Source: Halocafeteria seosinensis
Lineage: Eukaryota
Assembly: GCA_001687465.1 (NCBI GenBank)
Contig: LVLI01000315.1
Location: 1-54,350 of the forward strand
DNA: 54,350 nt
Direction of reading: 5' to 3'
Shown here piece after piece: positions 13,676 through 25,912 of this stretch. The notes beneath the pieces were generated by a model that was not told the DNA's origin, did not search any database, and was given only the letters and a program-made list of their open reading frames with translations. Positions within the stretch are counted from its first letter, which is position 1. Every line of letters begins with the position of its first letter. The position numbers were made by a program, and so were the translations under genes.

Positions 13676-15053
13676 ATGGGAAAAGAAGGTTAGAGATGCT
13701 CGTGGGTCCGTTGATACACGGGCCTTGGAGTGTTAAGATTGTCTGTCGAGAGCTGCAGAATTCATCGCTGTTTTCGAAGACCTTCGCGATTTCGTTGTCG
13801 ACGAAGTGAAGCAGAAGTATGAGATGCCTCAGGAAGCACAAGACCATATTCGCAGGGTACGGGGACTTGAAATAAAGACGCTTTCTTTCCATGGTATCGA
13901 CTTGCGGTTCTTGCAGATGCTGGACTACAACGTGCCGAAAGGGAAACTGAATCGCGGAATTACCGTAGTTCATACCTTAGAGGCTATTAAAGACCGGGAG
14001 CTCTCTAAGGACGAACGTTACAAGGCTGCAGCTCTAGGGTGGTGTGTGGAGTGGTTGCAGGCATATTTCCTGGTGGCTGACGATATCATGGACCAAAGCC
14101 ACACCAGACGAGGACAAATCTGCTGGTTCAGAAACAAAGATATTGGCTTGAATGCTATCAATGACAGCTTCATCCTTCAATCTAATATATTTCAAATACT
14201 GAAGAAGCACTTTCGGAATGATGCTTGCTACCTGCAGCTGCTCGAGCTACTCAATGAAACAACGTTGCAAACTGAACTGGGGCAGTTGATGGATCTCACT
14301 TCCAATCCCTTAGATGGTCCCACTGATTTGGATCGCTTTACAAAGGAACGGCATCGTCTTATTGTGCAGTATAAGACAGCGTATTATTCGTTCTACCTGC
14401 CCGTGGCTTTGGCCATGATAATAGGTGGGGTCGCCACGGACAAGAGTTTAGGTGTCGCCAGGTCAATTTTGGTAGACATGGGTATATATTTTCAAGTACA
14501 AGACGACTATCTAGATTGCTACGCTGATCCTGAAGTGCTTGGAAAAGTTGGAACGGACATCCAAGATAACAAATGCTCTTGGTTAGTGGTACAAGCTCTT
14601 GCACGAGCAAACGAAGATCAGAAGCAGCAGTTGAAGGTAAGACTCGTTCCTCTATTCATTTATAGCGAACGCTTTGCCTTTTTCTACCTCCTGTGGCTCT
14701 CAACATCCGATAGGCCTCAGGGTATTTGGTAAAGCTATAGCGAAGTCGCATGCGTGGTTCGCACTGAGCTACCAATGATGTGTGAATATGAACTTGTGGC
14801 AACATCTGACGAAGTTTTCAATTTTGTATTTTCTCTACAGGATAACTATGGTGTAGACAAGCAGGAATGTATCGACAAGGTCAAGCAACTGTACAAGGAC
14901 TTGAAACTGGAGGATGTTTATCACGAGTACGAAGAATCAACCTACAAGGATCTGTGCCAGCGAATCGATAGTGTGGATAAGGATCCTGAACTCAAGATCC
15001 CAGGAGAAGCGTTCTACAGACTACTCAGAAAAATCTATAGACGTTCAAAGTAG
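13676..15053 (+). CDS. FDPS: Farnesyl diphosphate synthase, about 4 exons
   Basis: GKLNRG, first Asp-rich motif YFLVADDIMD with aromatic residues upstream (FPPS type), RRG, GQLMD, YKTAYYSFYLP, second motif QDDYLD, GKVGTDIQDNKCSW, C-terminal KIYRRSK. Start inferred as MGKE|EFIAVF. Confidence 0.95.
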
Positions 15054-15249
15054 AATTCGCTTGGAAATTTGACAGTCTAGGGCTTAGCCCAGACTTGGAG
15101 TTTGTTGAGCTTCACAAACCAAATACACGCATAACGTAATCTATTAGGGCCGTATAGTGTTGGTTTGAGATAGATAGTAATACAATACGTTGTTAGCTGT
15201 ACTACACAATAGTAAATCATGTGCGCAATTCAACTACTAAAGCAGAAAA

Positions 15250-15901
15250 ATGGAGGAGCCCGGTAACGACACGAAATTGGTGGAAGTTTACGGCTTTGCG
15301 GGCTGGATTCTGTCAGCTTTATGTTACTGTAAGTCTTTGAATCCTGGTCGTCGGGCCACTCGTGAATCTTTCAGCCAACATGACGCTTGATCGAATATGG
15401 CGTGTCCTGCAGTGTGCTTCTTGGTGTGGGCATTTCTTCCAGAGGAAGAACTGCATAAACTTGGCGTGACGTATTATCCAGCAAAGTACGTACTTTTTTT
15501 TCATTTGGACTGAATCGGCACTTCTGCGATAGATGACGACGGCGAGTATAGCAGTTCTAATACCCTAACTTGGCCCGGATGATGGAATTTTCTTTATACT
15601 TACTGTTTGCAGGTACTGGGCCATTGGAGTTCCGGCCTACGTAACAATGGTAATTGCTTTAACGCTTGTTTCCTACATCGCTCTAACTTGGCTTAAGACT
15701 CCGACGTGGACGGAGGAAGCAAGCTGGACAGATCCACATGCATGCCCCCTCCCTTCATCGCAAGAGGCTTCCTTCTGCAGCAGTACTGGCACCCCAGAAA
15801 TCTCTGATTTGCCTCTTACTGTCGTCAACCAACTCATGTTCGAAGAGGATTCAGATGAGGAGGACCGTACATTATATGATAGGGGAAGTGAACAGGGCTG
15901 A
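15250..15901 (+). CDS. PIGP: GPI-GlcNAc transferase subunit PIG-P/Gpi19, 3 exons
   Basis: EVYGFAGWILS | FLVWAFLPEEELHKLGVTYYPAK | YWAIGVPAY...PEISDLPLTVVNQLMF. Confidence 0.92.
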
Positions 15902-17032
15902 AACTTGGCATGTTCATCGTTCAAGATATAGGTCGAATTTTCCATAACCGGAGCACAGGAAGCTCGTTCCTGTGCTTTCGATAACGTTCCACGATTTAGC
16001 TTGTTCTTACTTTAGGGTATCAGCAGTGGCATGTCAGTACTACTATAAGCAAAACTGTTTGGAAAGAGTCGGCAAATAATTTCGGAAATAACAGTACCTG
16101 TTCAGCGCTCCGATGTCTGGTAGGTGGATCTACATCCTTATCGCGAGAGGAGCCAGTGGTGGAATTGCGTTGATATTGATGTGTTGATATACGGACCAAA
16201 TGTAGTCACAAAGTCATCGCCTGCTTAAAGGACCCATATATCGGACCCACGGAGAGGCCGGAGTTTCTGACACTCATGATGTCTAACGCCTTGGATGTCT
16301 GCTCACACAGGAAGGTCGACCGATTCTGACACACCCTTATACCTCATGTGTAGCACAGCATGTGCGCACTAGAACACTTCCGAGTAGCATCACTACTCGA
16401 GTATAAACACCCAGATATCGCAGTTGACAATACCTCATAGTCTTGCTCGACCTTCAGCCATCTTCCATCGACACTCTCCCGAAGCTGAATTCAACCATCT
16501 GATATATTTGTTTTTACATGGCGGGACTCGCTTCATCGTTGTTCAGCGCGTTTCCAAGCTCTCTCCGTTCTCACGGTAATTTCGAAGTCATTACGCTTTA
16601 TTACGCAGCGGAGTTACGGTCGCAAGCAGCTCTCACACAAGTGTGCTTGATACTGCATGCCCATGGACCGCCATCACTTGCTCTATAGCGACAAATAAGG
16701 CTTCCTGGCTCTTGCTGCATCTTCCAGTTTTCCATGGAGCATTTACGATGTGGGCGAAGGGATATCTCTGCTACGCCATGACAACCGTAATATGCGGCTT
16801 CGGAACTTCGCTGTAACGCCTGTTCTTTCCACACGTACAAGAGGTGTTAGCTCAACACACGGTCAAATATTTGATATTGTGATCCCAATGTTTCATTAGA
16901 TGCTACGGTAGAGTACTAAGTGACCTAGAAACCCTCGTTCTAACCGTGTGGGCCCCAGGTTGTGGTGGTGTCTACGTTTCGAGACTGGGTGTCTGTAGCA
17001 GCGACGGACTTTCCTCCCACCGGGGGACAGAT

Positions 17033-20000
17033 ATGTGTATGTCAAGTCTCAACCGTGAGGAGTTTAATCACGATGAATTCGTCAAATGGTACGCACGGCA
17101 AGATGCAGATCGCTCTGGATGTGGTCAGTGCTCTCACACAGAGCACTCGGCCGATCAAACTATGTGGGAAGAATTTCGATCTAAGCAAGAAGCGAAAGCC
17201 AGACCAGGGATACACGAACTGCTAATTAAAGCGACCGTAGAATGGACGGTATACTGCATCATCACATTATACATTATCGGGAATGATCCAGTGACTCATC
17301 CATTGTTGCCTGCGTTGACGGTAATTAGACTTCTCACTTTGGTCGCGTGGATTTACAGTATCGTTCACACGCGCCCAAGCAACTCCAATTCAGCATACAC
17401 CGGAGTATTGACCTGTCTGATAGGACTCATAGCTACCTTGCATTTTTGCGAAGGGGTGGCTGCGGATCTTGTATCAAAGAACAGCCAGCTAGAATGTTGG
17501 AGATATGCCGACAAGGTGGCATGTATGGTAGCATCGAGAACATTCGGACCACACCAAGTAGCATTCATGGTGGTAATTCTCGCAACCGCACGTCTAATGG
17601 TACTCCGAAAATCGCAGTTCCTCTTGCTGCTAGGAGGTATAGCTGTAACATGCTCCACGCTTACTATCATCGCATTCGGACAACTCGAGGGGGTCACCTT
17701 TCAAACACCCTTGAAAGAGGCCGATTATTATCGCGCAATTTTACCTGTAGTAATATTTGGATTCTTGAACAGCTATGGACTTCACGTTTGGGAACAGGAA
17801 AATTGGGAAGCATTTGTCCAACGCAAGCGACTGCAGCTTTCTTGCATTCGAGCAGAGGAACTCCTCACATTGGTAATGCCACGTGACGTTGCACACGAAC
17901 TGATGCAAGGGCAAGTGTTCCCAAAGCACGCCGAGAAAGCCACTTTAGGGTTTCTATACATTAGTGGATATAAAGAATATCTCCAATCCTTCTCAAGTAA
18001 GTTTGTCTTACCCTCTGTTGTATCCCATTCACCACATTGATGAAAGAACCGTTTGTCCAGAAACCAATATGGTGGAGTTCGTGAGCCGTTTGCACGAGGT
18101 TTACTCCGAACTAGACAGAGTGGTCCTACTTCATCCAAACGTATACAAAGTGGAATCAGTGGGAGACTGCTACTTTGTCGCTTCCAACATCCCGTGGGTA
18201 CGTTGCTGTTAGCTGCCGTTCGCTTTTTGAACGTGGATCCTCAAGCCTCTCTTTGAAAGCGCAGAGTTGTGAGAGCCATGCCCAGGCAATATTTGCCTTC
18301 TGTGCTGACGCACTTAGCGTATGCCAAATTTTGCATGATAAGTACAGCAAGTGCATGGCAACCCTTCCAGAACCATGGCAACTCAAAATAGGTCTTCATA
18401 GTGGGCCAGTGACGGCAGGGTGTTGTGGCAAGACAAGGAACTTCTTCAGAATGTTCGGCGACACCGTCAATGTTGCTTCTCGATTAGCTTCCTCTGCTTC
18501 TCCTAATTCTCTATGCTTAAGTGAGGAGTTTTATAAAGAGATTGGTAATCCTCCAATAGGTTCGACTTTTCAGTTTGGCAATGCACTTATGCGTCTCAGC
18601 TTGTCGCATGTCCGAAAAACGCATCTCAAAGGAAAAGGAGAAGTCGACGCATACATTGCGAGACCGCTATCCTACGAACCTGACAACAACATCATACCGT
18701 GCCAGTCAACCAATCAAGGCGACACGCCAGACCCAGAAGACACAACAAATGTGGAGCCACATCCAGAGCAGGCAAACAATTGCGAAGAGGTCAGTCGAGG
18801 ACAAATGGGGCCGCATGCACAGCAACCTCAAGATCGCCACACCCCGTTAGAATTACCGGTCAAATTGCAGGCCTACCGTGCGTTCCCGTTTACGGGTTCA
18901 GACAGTACTACGGCCGGGTCCATCTTCGACCGAGACGGTACGAAAACAACGGGAAAATTTCAACGAACTCAAAGAATTGTCGTTGACGCGACGAAGTTGC
19001 TCGACATCCCCTTCGCCAGTGCTCTGAACGTCTACCGAGGTATGAGTGATAGGCAAGTGAGGAAAAAGGACTTATATTACATCAAGGAAGTCCAGCATTA
19101 CTACCTCAAGCAATTCTTCAACATGTTCCCCATTGAAGTCCCAATGCAATTTGGCTATCAAAGACAGCCTCATTGGAATTTGTCATATGCGCCGACAGCC
19201 ACTACTGATAAGAGGGTGAGCGGCAAACTCGAAGAAGAAATCGGCAAGCACTACATGGATAATGCTTATCAAGATCCCGTATGGGACTCCATGTCGCACA
19301 TAACCCGTGTTCTCGAGTTCGCAAGTCTTCGCTTCCCAAAACCGGAACTCGAACGCCTCTACCAGGAGCAAGTAGCGAAATCATTATACGATGTTGCGTA
19401 TCTGACATTCGGGAGATTTATATTTTTCCTCGTTATGTCTCTCGCTGTGTACTCTCCAGGTCTTGTCCAACAACCTCTTGCGTTGGTGGGTAGCAACGTT
19501 GCGGTGGGATTGCTGATACTTGGAAGCTACGAAATTCTTAAACGATTTCAGTCTTCCAAAGCCGATACTGCTTGCTTCCAAAATGAGGCAGAGCAATCTG
19601 AAACATTACTTGATGCCGCAGGACCCAGACGAACACCAGTCCCGGTCAAAACTGACTCCCACCTTGTGGATAGTCCGTCTTTGTTCACGTTTCTGACATC
19701 CGTTAAGTGGGAACGTGTTACGCCTATGTTCTACCTTGGAGCGAAGTTCTCGCCCTGGCTAACGATATTCAGCTTTTCTGTTGCCGTTGTTCTCTGCTTG
19801 ATGGACCAGATTGCTCTTAGCTCCCTTCACGCGCACTATGACGAGCCTGATATGTGCACATCCTCTTTTCTACCACTTCAACTAATGTTTTCAATCTTTC
19901 AGATATTTCCTACCTCGGCAAGACGAAGAGCATTAAATGCATGCGTGGCAGTGGTGGGCTTCATTCTCGTTTCAATAGTTACTGGAATGCTGCGCATACC

Positions 20001-20763
20001 AACCTTTCCCCTCTACCTCCACGGCATGTATATGCTTGCAACCATTGCCACAAACGGAATTGTCGAGAGTGCTTTCAAAGAGTTGCGCTATCGCCAAATG
20101 ATGATAAGAAAGTTGGCTGCAGCCAACGCTCAGAGACATGCCAAAGATGCTTTGACCCGGCTATTTCCGAAAACCGTAATCCATCAACTGGAAAGAGATG
20201 AGCCTGTACCGTTTGAGCCTCATGTCAAGGATGTCGTGATACTTTGGACGGACATCTCTGGATTTACCAAACTTTGTTCAGATCTTTCTGCCCCCGAGGT
20301 CAAAGATATACTGGATTCCCTCTATTCGGCCCTGGATCATCACGTAGAACAGGAAAATCTATGGAAAATGGACACCATCGGTGACGCCTACGTCGTCATC
20401 GGCGGTCTGCATGTGGACGATGAGCGAAGCGAAATAATCGATAGACTATTTCGAATAGCGAAAAAGATCCAATTGACATTTGAACAATTCCGGAAAAGAA
20501 GTGGGTACAACATTGCCGTTCGAATAGGGATACATGCAGGCCCAGTCGTTTCCGGCATAATTGGGGCTCTGCGACCTCGATTTTACATATTCGGGAAGAC
20601 AGTCCTCGAGGCAGAAAACCTTGAGAACTCATGCAAGCCGGGGAAAGTCCAAGTGTCGCAACGCATTGCGGACTTGTATTGGAATAGTCGTTACTCCTTA
20701 ATCAAGCGATCGTGGGAGGACCGTACGACGTTTTGGGTTGAGAGACCACCCGGAGTAAGCTAG
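17033..20763 (+). CDS. Membrane class III nucleotidyl cyclase with two TM clusters and two cyclase domains (probable guanylyl cyclase), paralog 1
   Basis: Layout TM block - cyclase (YKVESVGDCY, KIGLHSGPV, FGDTVNVASR) - TM block - cyclase (WTDISGFT, KMDTIGDAY, RIGIHAGPV). Introns at 17997-18060 and 18198-18264. Confidence 0.9.
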
Positions 20764-20787
20764 CCAGTGCACCATTTGCAATGACAG

Positions 20788-21826
20788 TCATATCCGAGCA
20801 ATCCTTAGTCGCTTGAGCCAGTTTTTATGATGTTCTACATCTCTTGTTAGTTCATTGTTGTATTGCTGTTGGGACAACGGTTTTCGATCATTGTGATAAA
20901 ATAAAATATGTTGAATACCCTGGTAGACCATCCGCAGGATTGGTAGTCGCGGTATAAAGCTCTGAAAGATGAAAGAGAGCGTCCAAACGACAGTTTCAAC
21001 AAAATGCTTTGCAAATAGATAAACCTACATTGAAAGCCATTTCGAGCTCCTCCTGATGATCCATGAGGAAAGCCAAATAGAAGTGAATCCTCAGCAATCT
21101 ATATCCCTCGTTGATAATTGCAGCGCGAATCAACCTTCGCTCAAGAAACTGCAAAATATACCAAAGAATTGAAACATTGCACTAGTGTAAGGTGCTGTCA
21201 TTGCAAGAACGGCATCATGGGTATACGTACGTTCTTCGAAACAGACCCATCCGCGGCAACAGACTGCAGCTGAACACCCAACTCTCGAATCACCAAGACG
21301 GATTCTGCGTAATAAATCGGAAGGAAAGTTGGTATGAAGCATTGAACAATTGCTTGTGAAGCATCCTTACTTACCTTCCACTACTTGCTTGTTGTCGTGA
21401 TAAACGATCCCTCCGACGACAAGAAGTCCAAACACCACTTCTGGTGCAAAGAGAGCGTTTAGTCCCACGAACGCATACGGCATCGCAAGTTCCAGTATGG
21501 CACCGATCGTAGGAATGAACGAAGAGGAGTGATGTCGGCACGCCTCCAAGCTCACCTGGGAGGCAGCACGCAAGAGTGAATCCAAATACTGCCAATGGCC
21601 ACTAAGACTTGTGAAATTGACGGCTTACCAACAACTGTGTCGCCCGTGTAATCACTAGAGCCAATACGAATGCCGGTAGGCACCACCTAAGAATGCTCCT
21701 GTTATGAGCATCCTTGCTTCGGAGAACATATTCTCGAGTATGTGGCGAGTGATGAATAACGAGGAATTCCCCCTTGTCGTGCTCAAGTTCAATGTGGGAG
21801 ACAACCACGCATTCCTGCTCCTTCAT
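20788..21826 (-). CDS. PIGH: GPI-GlcNAc transferase subunit PIG-H/Gpi15, about 5 exons
   Basis: Spliced translation: two hydrophobic segments, then VVE|ESVLVIRELGVQLQS...|FLERRLIRAAIINEGYRLLRIHFYLAFL...AFN|SFIPRLPILRMVYQGI. This is the PIG-H signature and is not captured in the ORF track. Confidence 0.88.
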
Positions 21827-22258
21827 CACAATCAACACTACGATAGCCAAACGACCTCACATCTCCCCATAATCCATCGCTCAAATCCTTCAGTCACTTA
21901 TACTGTCACAACACTTCCAAACGCAGCCCCTGTGAGACAGGCTGTGACTTCCAATTCCTGACAGCTTCGCTGCAGCCTGCAGGGTTCCCAAGCGTCTACG
22001 TCTACGTAGACAAGAGCGGAAAACAAACATCCCGCTGGCTCAAGAGTCTTCGTCTAGCTAGACAAAGATTTTCACAAACGCTGGTATTACTCTCCCATGG
22101 TGTTGTATTGCGGAGGAGGGGAAGGTGTCCTGCCCTGACAGAAGAAAACACATGTTTCATTCGCGTCTTGCCTCTCTCTATCCCTGCGTGTGTGTGTGTG
22201 TGTGGCCGACGGCTGTTGTTGTTGGAAACTTGCCAAGCCAAAAAGGACAAGAAAAACG

Positions 22259-25200
22259 ATGTCAACTTCTTCCTCCACATCCGGCTCCTCCTCGAGCGAT
22301 ACTGAGGATGATTGGGACGGTGAGGAAGGTATTACTCCACCCCGTGGTTCTCACCCAGGTCCAACAAGCTCTCGAGAGGCTGTGAATAAGACTGCCCCCG
22401 GACAAACAGCAAAGTCACAAGGAGCAACTACAACTGCCATGAGCTCATCGGCATCGTTTGTATCTTCCGACCGCTACCCTGATGGCAGGAAGAAGCTCAA
22501 GGGTGTCGTATTCGATGATTCCAGGAACATTTATCGAGCCAACCGTTGGATAGCTGTGGTGAACTGTGGCAAAAACCAAGGAAATGTTGAGCTAGCCAGG
22601 TGCTCGACGGCTGTCAGCGCAGCTATATGCCACGACTACGCTCAACGGGCGTTGTTCGGAGGCCGTGCAGAAGTGAATTTTCCCGAAGGTGTGCCGCTCC
22701 TAAAGGCTTTCCGGGCTTATGGGCGCCCGCATAGAAACTTGATACTTCAAGGCTACCTTAACGAGACAGACACCAACGAAGTCATCCAGCAGGGCAAGGA
22801 AGCTCTTCTAATGTCGGTGAGACTTCCGACGACAACGGCAAGTTCGACTACAGAAACTGACACTCCTGCTTTGAAAATATCCAGTACCAAAGGTACAATT
22901 GGGGGCTCGCTTACCCAGGATTCCAGTGCCGGTTCCAACGCCTCGGCTTCACAAAGGGCTAGCGACGGCGGTGATTCTCTTTGGGCATTGGCGTCGCAAC
23001 AGTCTCAACGGACAATGCAACCGTCCCCTACGCAGACCTCGTCCACTGCTGTGCAGTCCAATATGAGCTCGCAACGGCCGTTGACAAGTCAAGTGTCTCC
23101 TCAGATAGTTGCTCGCCAGGGCACTTCCACCCAACACGGCTTCAGTTCTCCTCATTCTTCAGGAGAATATGCTGCGCTTAGTAAGCCGACCTCTGCCGAC
23201 TCGGCTGTTTCTGCTCGTGCATCCTCGGTGCCCAGCAACACCTCTACAAGGTTCCCCCATTCCAGGACTGAACGTAGCAGTGCAGGCGCTAAGACTGTCG
23301 CGGTAACATCTTCTGTCCTTCCTACATGCGTTACTCGATCATCAGTAACTACTGCTGCGGCTTACCAAGGCCAAGTTTCCACCTCGAACACCGGCGGGGC
23401 CAAGAAGCGCCCTACAGCTGCGGGATCCAATACTGATAATACTGCAGCAAAGCCAGGCAGTGGCGCAAATATTCCAACTGGTACCCGCCGCTCCAAACGC
23501 CAAAGAGTGGAACCCAGGCGGTATCGAGAAGCTCCTGCAGGAAGATCCTCTGAGAGCGAATCGAGCGATGATTCTGAATCTGAGGAAGAGTCAACACCCT
23601 CTGGATCGGGTGCGGCGGAGCAACAAAGCGGAAGCAAGCAAGGCTTGATAAAACACCAAAGATCCACTGCAAGAACATTTGGTACGGTTGTACTACAGGT
23701 CAAAGGACCAGAGTGTCTCGGCACAGCAGGAGGGATCAAGCGAACTGCAGCCACAGCCAGCGTATTCCGTGGCGTAACTTTTTGTCCGCGTTTCCGCAAG
23801 TGCTGGCTTGCTCAGGTTTATATAGATAATTCCTTAAAGCTGATTGGGTATTTCACCACAGAGGAGGCCGCCGCAAATGCTTACGATAATTACCTAAGAA
23901 AGATGGTCAAATCTGTCGCCGTCAATTTTCCTAGACAGGGCGAGGAGTGCGTCTTACCACGCTCCGCTATTCTAGATGGGCTAGAAGCAAAGCGTTCGAC
24001 CCAGCGGAAACTGATTGAAGAATATCCATCTTACTTCAATAGGGAAGACCCTGCAATTGTTGCTACAGAATTTCTATACCGCTGCTCTACGGAGATGCCG
24101 GAAGACGAAAAGTGGTATATCCAACTTCCTCCAGCTCTACGTGGAAGAGACTTCGATGAATTACTGACTAAGTTAGAAAACAACGCCGCGGTGGTCACTC
24201 GAACGAATGAACCATTTCAAGTAGCTCTACGGGAGACGGACGAGTCATACGGCGAAATCCCTGTGCTACGCTCCAAAATATCGGCCCCTGCAGACACCGA
24301 ACAAAGGGATGGGCATAAACCAGCACCCCCTAAGACTGGAGACTCGGGTACTGTTAAGAATGGTACTAAGCAAGGCTCTACGTTACCTTCTCGTGGGCAA
24401 TTGAAGGAAGAGAATGGGGACACGCCGGCAGTGACGAACAAGTTTAATCGGACATACATGTGCCGGATGCAAGTGACCGCCGAGGATGTATCAGAAATCG
24501 GCTCCGATGTCCTCCCTCTTAATTACGAACATTCTGCCGCGGCTAAGGAGTACATGCATATTAAAAGAATGGGTAGTAGTCTTGCTTCTGTTTCCTCCGA
24601 GACGGAATCCAAGAAAAGAGTGACTCCACAAGAAAACGCTCCTTTGCACAGGAATTTCTTTCCTCATGCCGTTGCGCACCCAAGCAGAAATTCCTCAACA
24701 AGCTCGGAACAACAATTTGCGTTTGTGTATTCACCATTTCATAACTACTTGGCTGCTAGCGAGCCGAGGAAGGGAGTTGATGAGTTGCGAATGCCGATAG
24801 GGTATGGACCGTATGACCCAATAACGGAAAATGGGTTCGGCGCAAGTCCAACATATTCGAAGCTGCCACCTCGTCCGTGGACTCTGCTACCATCGCAAGC
24901 AGAGAATCTGACAAGGGCTCGACAGAAAAATAGTAAGAGCAATGATTTTGTAGGAACTAAAAGGAAGATTTGTCAGGCGACGAAGGAGAGAAGCTGGTAC
25001 GCCGCGGTGGAAAGAAGCGGTGTAACCCGATGGTTAGGTCCTTTTAAGACTGAGGAGCAAGCCGCTCAAGCGTTTGATGTTGCATCCCTGTTAACACAGG
25101 GTACGAACGCGCGTACTAACTTCAGTTATGATATGCACACGTTCTTTAGGCAAGAACTAGATGCAGCAGCGAAGGAGATAGTCCCTTTGGAAAACCCTGT

Positions 25201-25912
25201 TGATCGATACTACGATCAGTTAAAAGATCACAAAGTCAGTCGTTTGGAAGCATGTCAACTTCAGTTGGCCACAGACGTATATCCCACGGCCAATGATGAT
25301 CCTGCTGGATCTCAGGACCAGTCCAGCAGATGTAGCGCGGGTGTTACCATCCTTCCATCGACTAAAGATGTCAACGAGTGCACCGCGAGGGAAGCAATAG
25401 ATTACTTCCGGAGGCTTTACCGTGCTTTGAGGTACTTTATTATCAACAAGAAGCCTTACATAGGTGTTAGCTTGAGGGAGGACGATTTTAAGAATCAGTC
25501 ATTATGGAAAGCCGAAGGAATATCTACGAAGTACTTCAAGAGTGCCAAGATTGCAGCTCTGGCTGTGGATGTACACCGCTTGGAAAGGTACGGTGAAAAA
25601 GGGACGTTTAACTACTCTGAGACTTCGCGCCAGCAGCTGTTGGAATCCAGCTCATCCATGCAAGTGGATCACCCGGGCCTAGATTTAATCGATGAGAGGG
25701 TGGTTGGGGCCACAGTTGCTAACTACGCACACAAACTTATAGACAAGATAAACGCAGCAGGATATAAAAGCTTGTGGCAAGAAATTGCAAACTGTGAGTT
25801 AACAGATCCCCAGGCTACTGAGGTGTTTCCGGATAGGGCCCCAACTGCGGCCACCACTGAGTGGGCGTCGGACGATGGGTGCTACAACGATGGCACGATA
25901 AAGCGGGTATGA
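22259..25912 (+). CDS. Multi-AP2/ERF-domain DNA-binding protein (four AP2-like domains), intronless
   Basis: Four matches to [YF]xGV...W.A....(LG.F)...AA.A.D.......NF at about 22495-22684, 23765-23932, 24946-25125 and 25457-25617, separated by Ser/Thr-rich low-complexity linkers. NLS-like TRRSKRQR. Confidence 0.85.
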   Translation: MSTSSSTSGSSSSDTEDDWDGEEGITPPRGSHPGPTSSREAVNKTAPGQTAKSQGATTTAMSSSASFVSSDRYPDGRKKLKGVVFDDSRNIYRANRWIAVVNCGKNQGNVELARCSTAVSAAICHDYAQRALFGGRAEVNFPEGVPLLKAFRAYGRPHRNLILQGYLNETDTNEVIQQGKEALLMSVRLPTTTASSTTETDTPALKISSTKGTIGGSLTQDSSAGSNASASQRASDGGDSLWALASQQSQRTMQPSPTQTSSTAVQSNMSSQRPLTSQVSPQIVARQGTSTQHGFSSPHSSGEYAALSKPTSADSAVSARASSVPSNTSTRFPHSRTERSSAGAKTVAVTSSVLPTCVTRSSVTTAAAYQGQVSTSNTGGAKKRPTAAGSNTDNTAAKPGSGANIPTGTRRSKRQRVEPRRYREAPAGRSSESESSDDSESEEESTPSGSGAAEQQSGSKQGLIKHQRSTARTFGTVVLQVKGPECLGTAGGIKRTAATASVFRGVTFCPRFRKCWLAQVYIDNSLKLIGYFTTEEAAANAYDNYLRKMVKSVAVNFPRQGEECVLPRSAILDGLEAKRSTQRKLIEEYPSYFNREDPAIVATEFLYRCSTEMPEDEKWYIQLPPALRGRDFDELLTKLENNAAVVTRTNEPFQVALRETDESYGEIPVLRSKISAPADTEQRDGHKPAPPKTGDSGTVKNGTKQGSTLPSRGQLKEENGDTPAVTNKFNRTYMCRMQVTAEDVSEIGSDVLPLNYEHSAAAKEYMHIKRMGSSLASVSSETESKKRVTPQENAPLHRNFFPHAVAHPSRNSSTSSEQQFAFVYSPFHNYLAASEPRKGVDELRMPIGYGPYDPITENGFGASPTYSKLPPRPWTLLPSQAENLTRARQKNSKSNDFVGTKRKICQATKERSWYAAVERSGVTRWLGPFKTEEQAAQAFDVASLLTQGTNARTNFSYDMHTFFRQELDAAAKEIVPLENPVDRYYDQLKDHKVSRLEACQLQLATDVYPTANDDPAGSQDQSSRCSAGVTILPSTKDVNECTAREAIDYFRRLYRALRYFIINKKPYIGVSLREDDFKNQSLWKAEGISTKYFKSAKIAALAVDVHRLERYGEKGTFNYSETSRQQLLESSSSMQVDHPGLDLIDERVVGATVANYAHKLIDKINAAGYKSLWQEIANCELTDPQATEVFPDRAPTAATTEWASDDGCYNDGTIKRV

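Noticed and set aside
15950..16940. About 1 kb gap with short ORFs between PIG-P and cyclase 1
   Set aside because: No coherent spliced frame or recognisable motif could be built.
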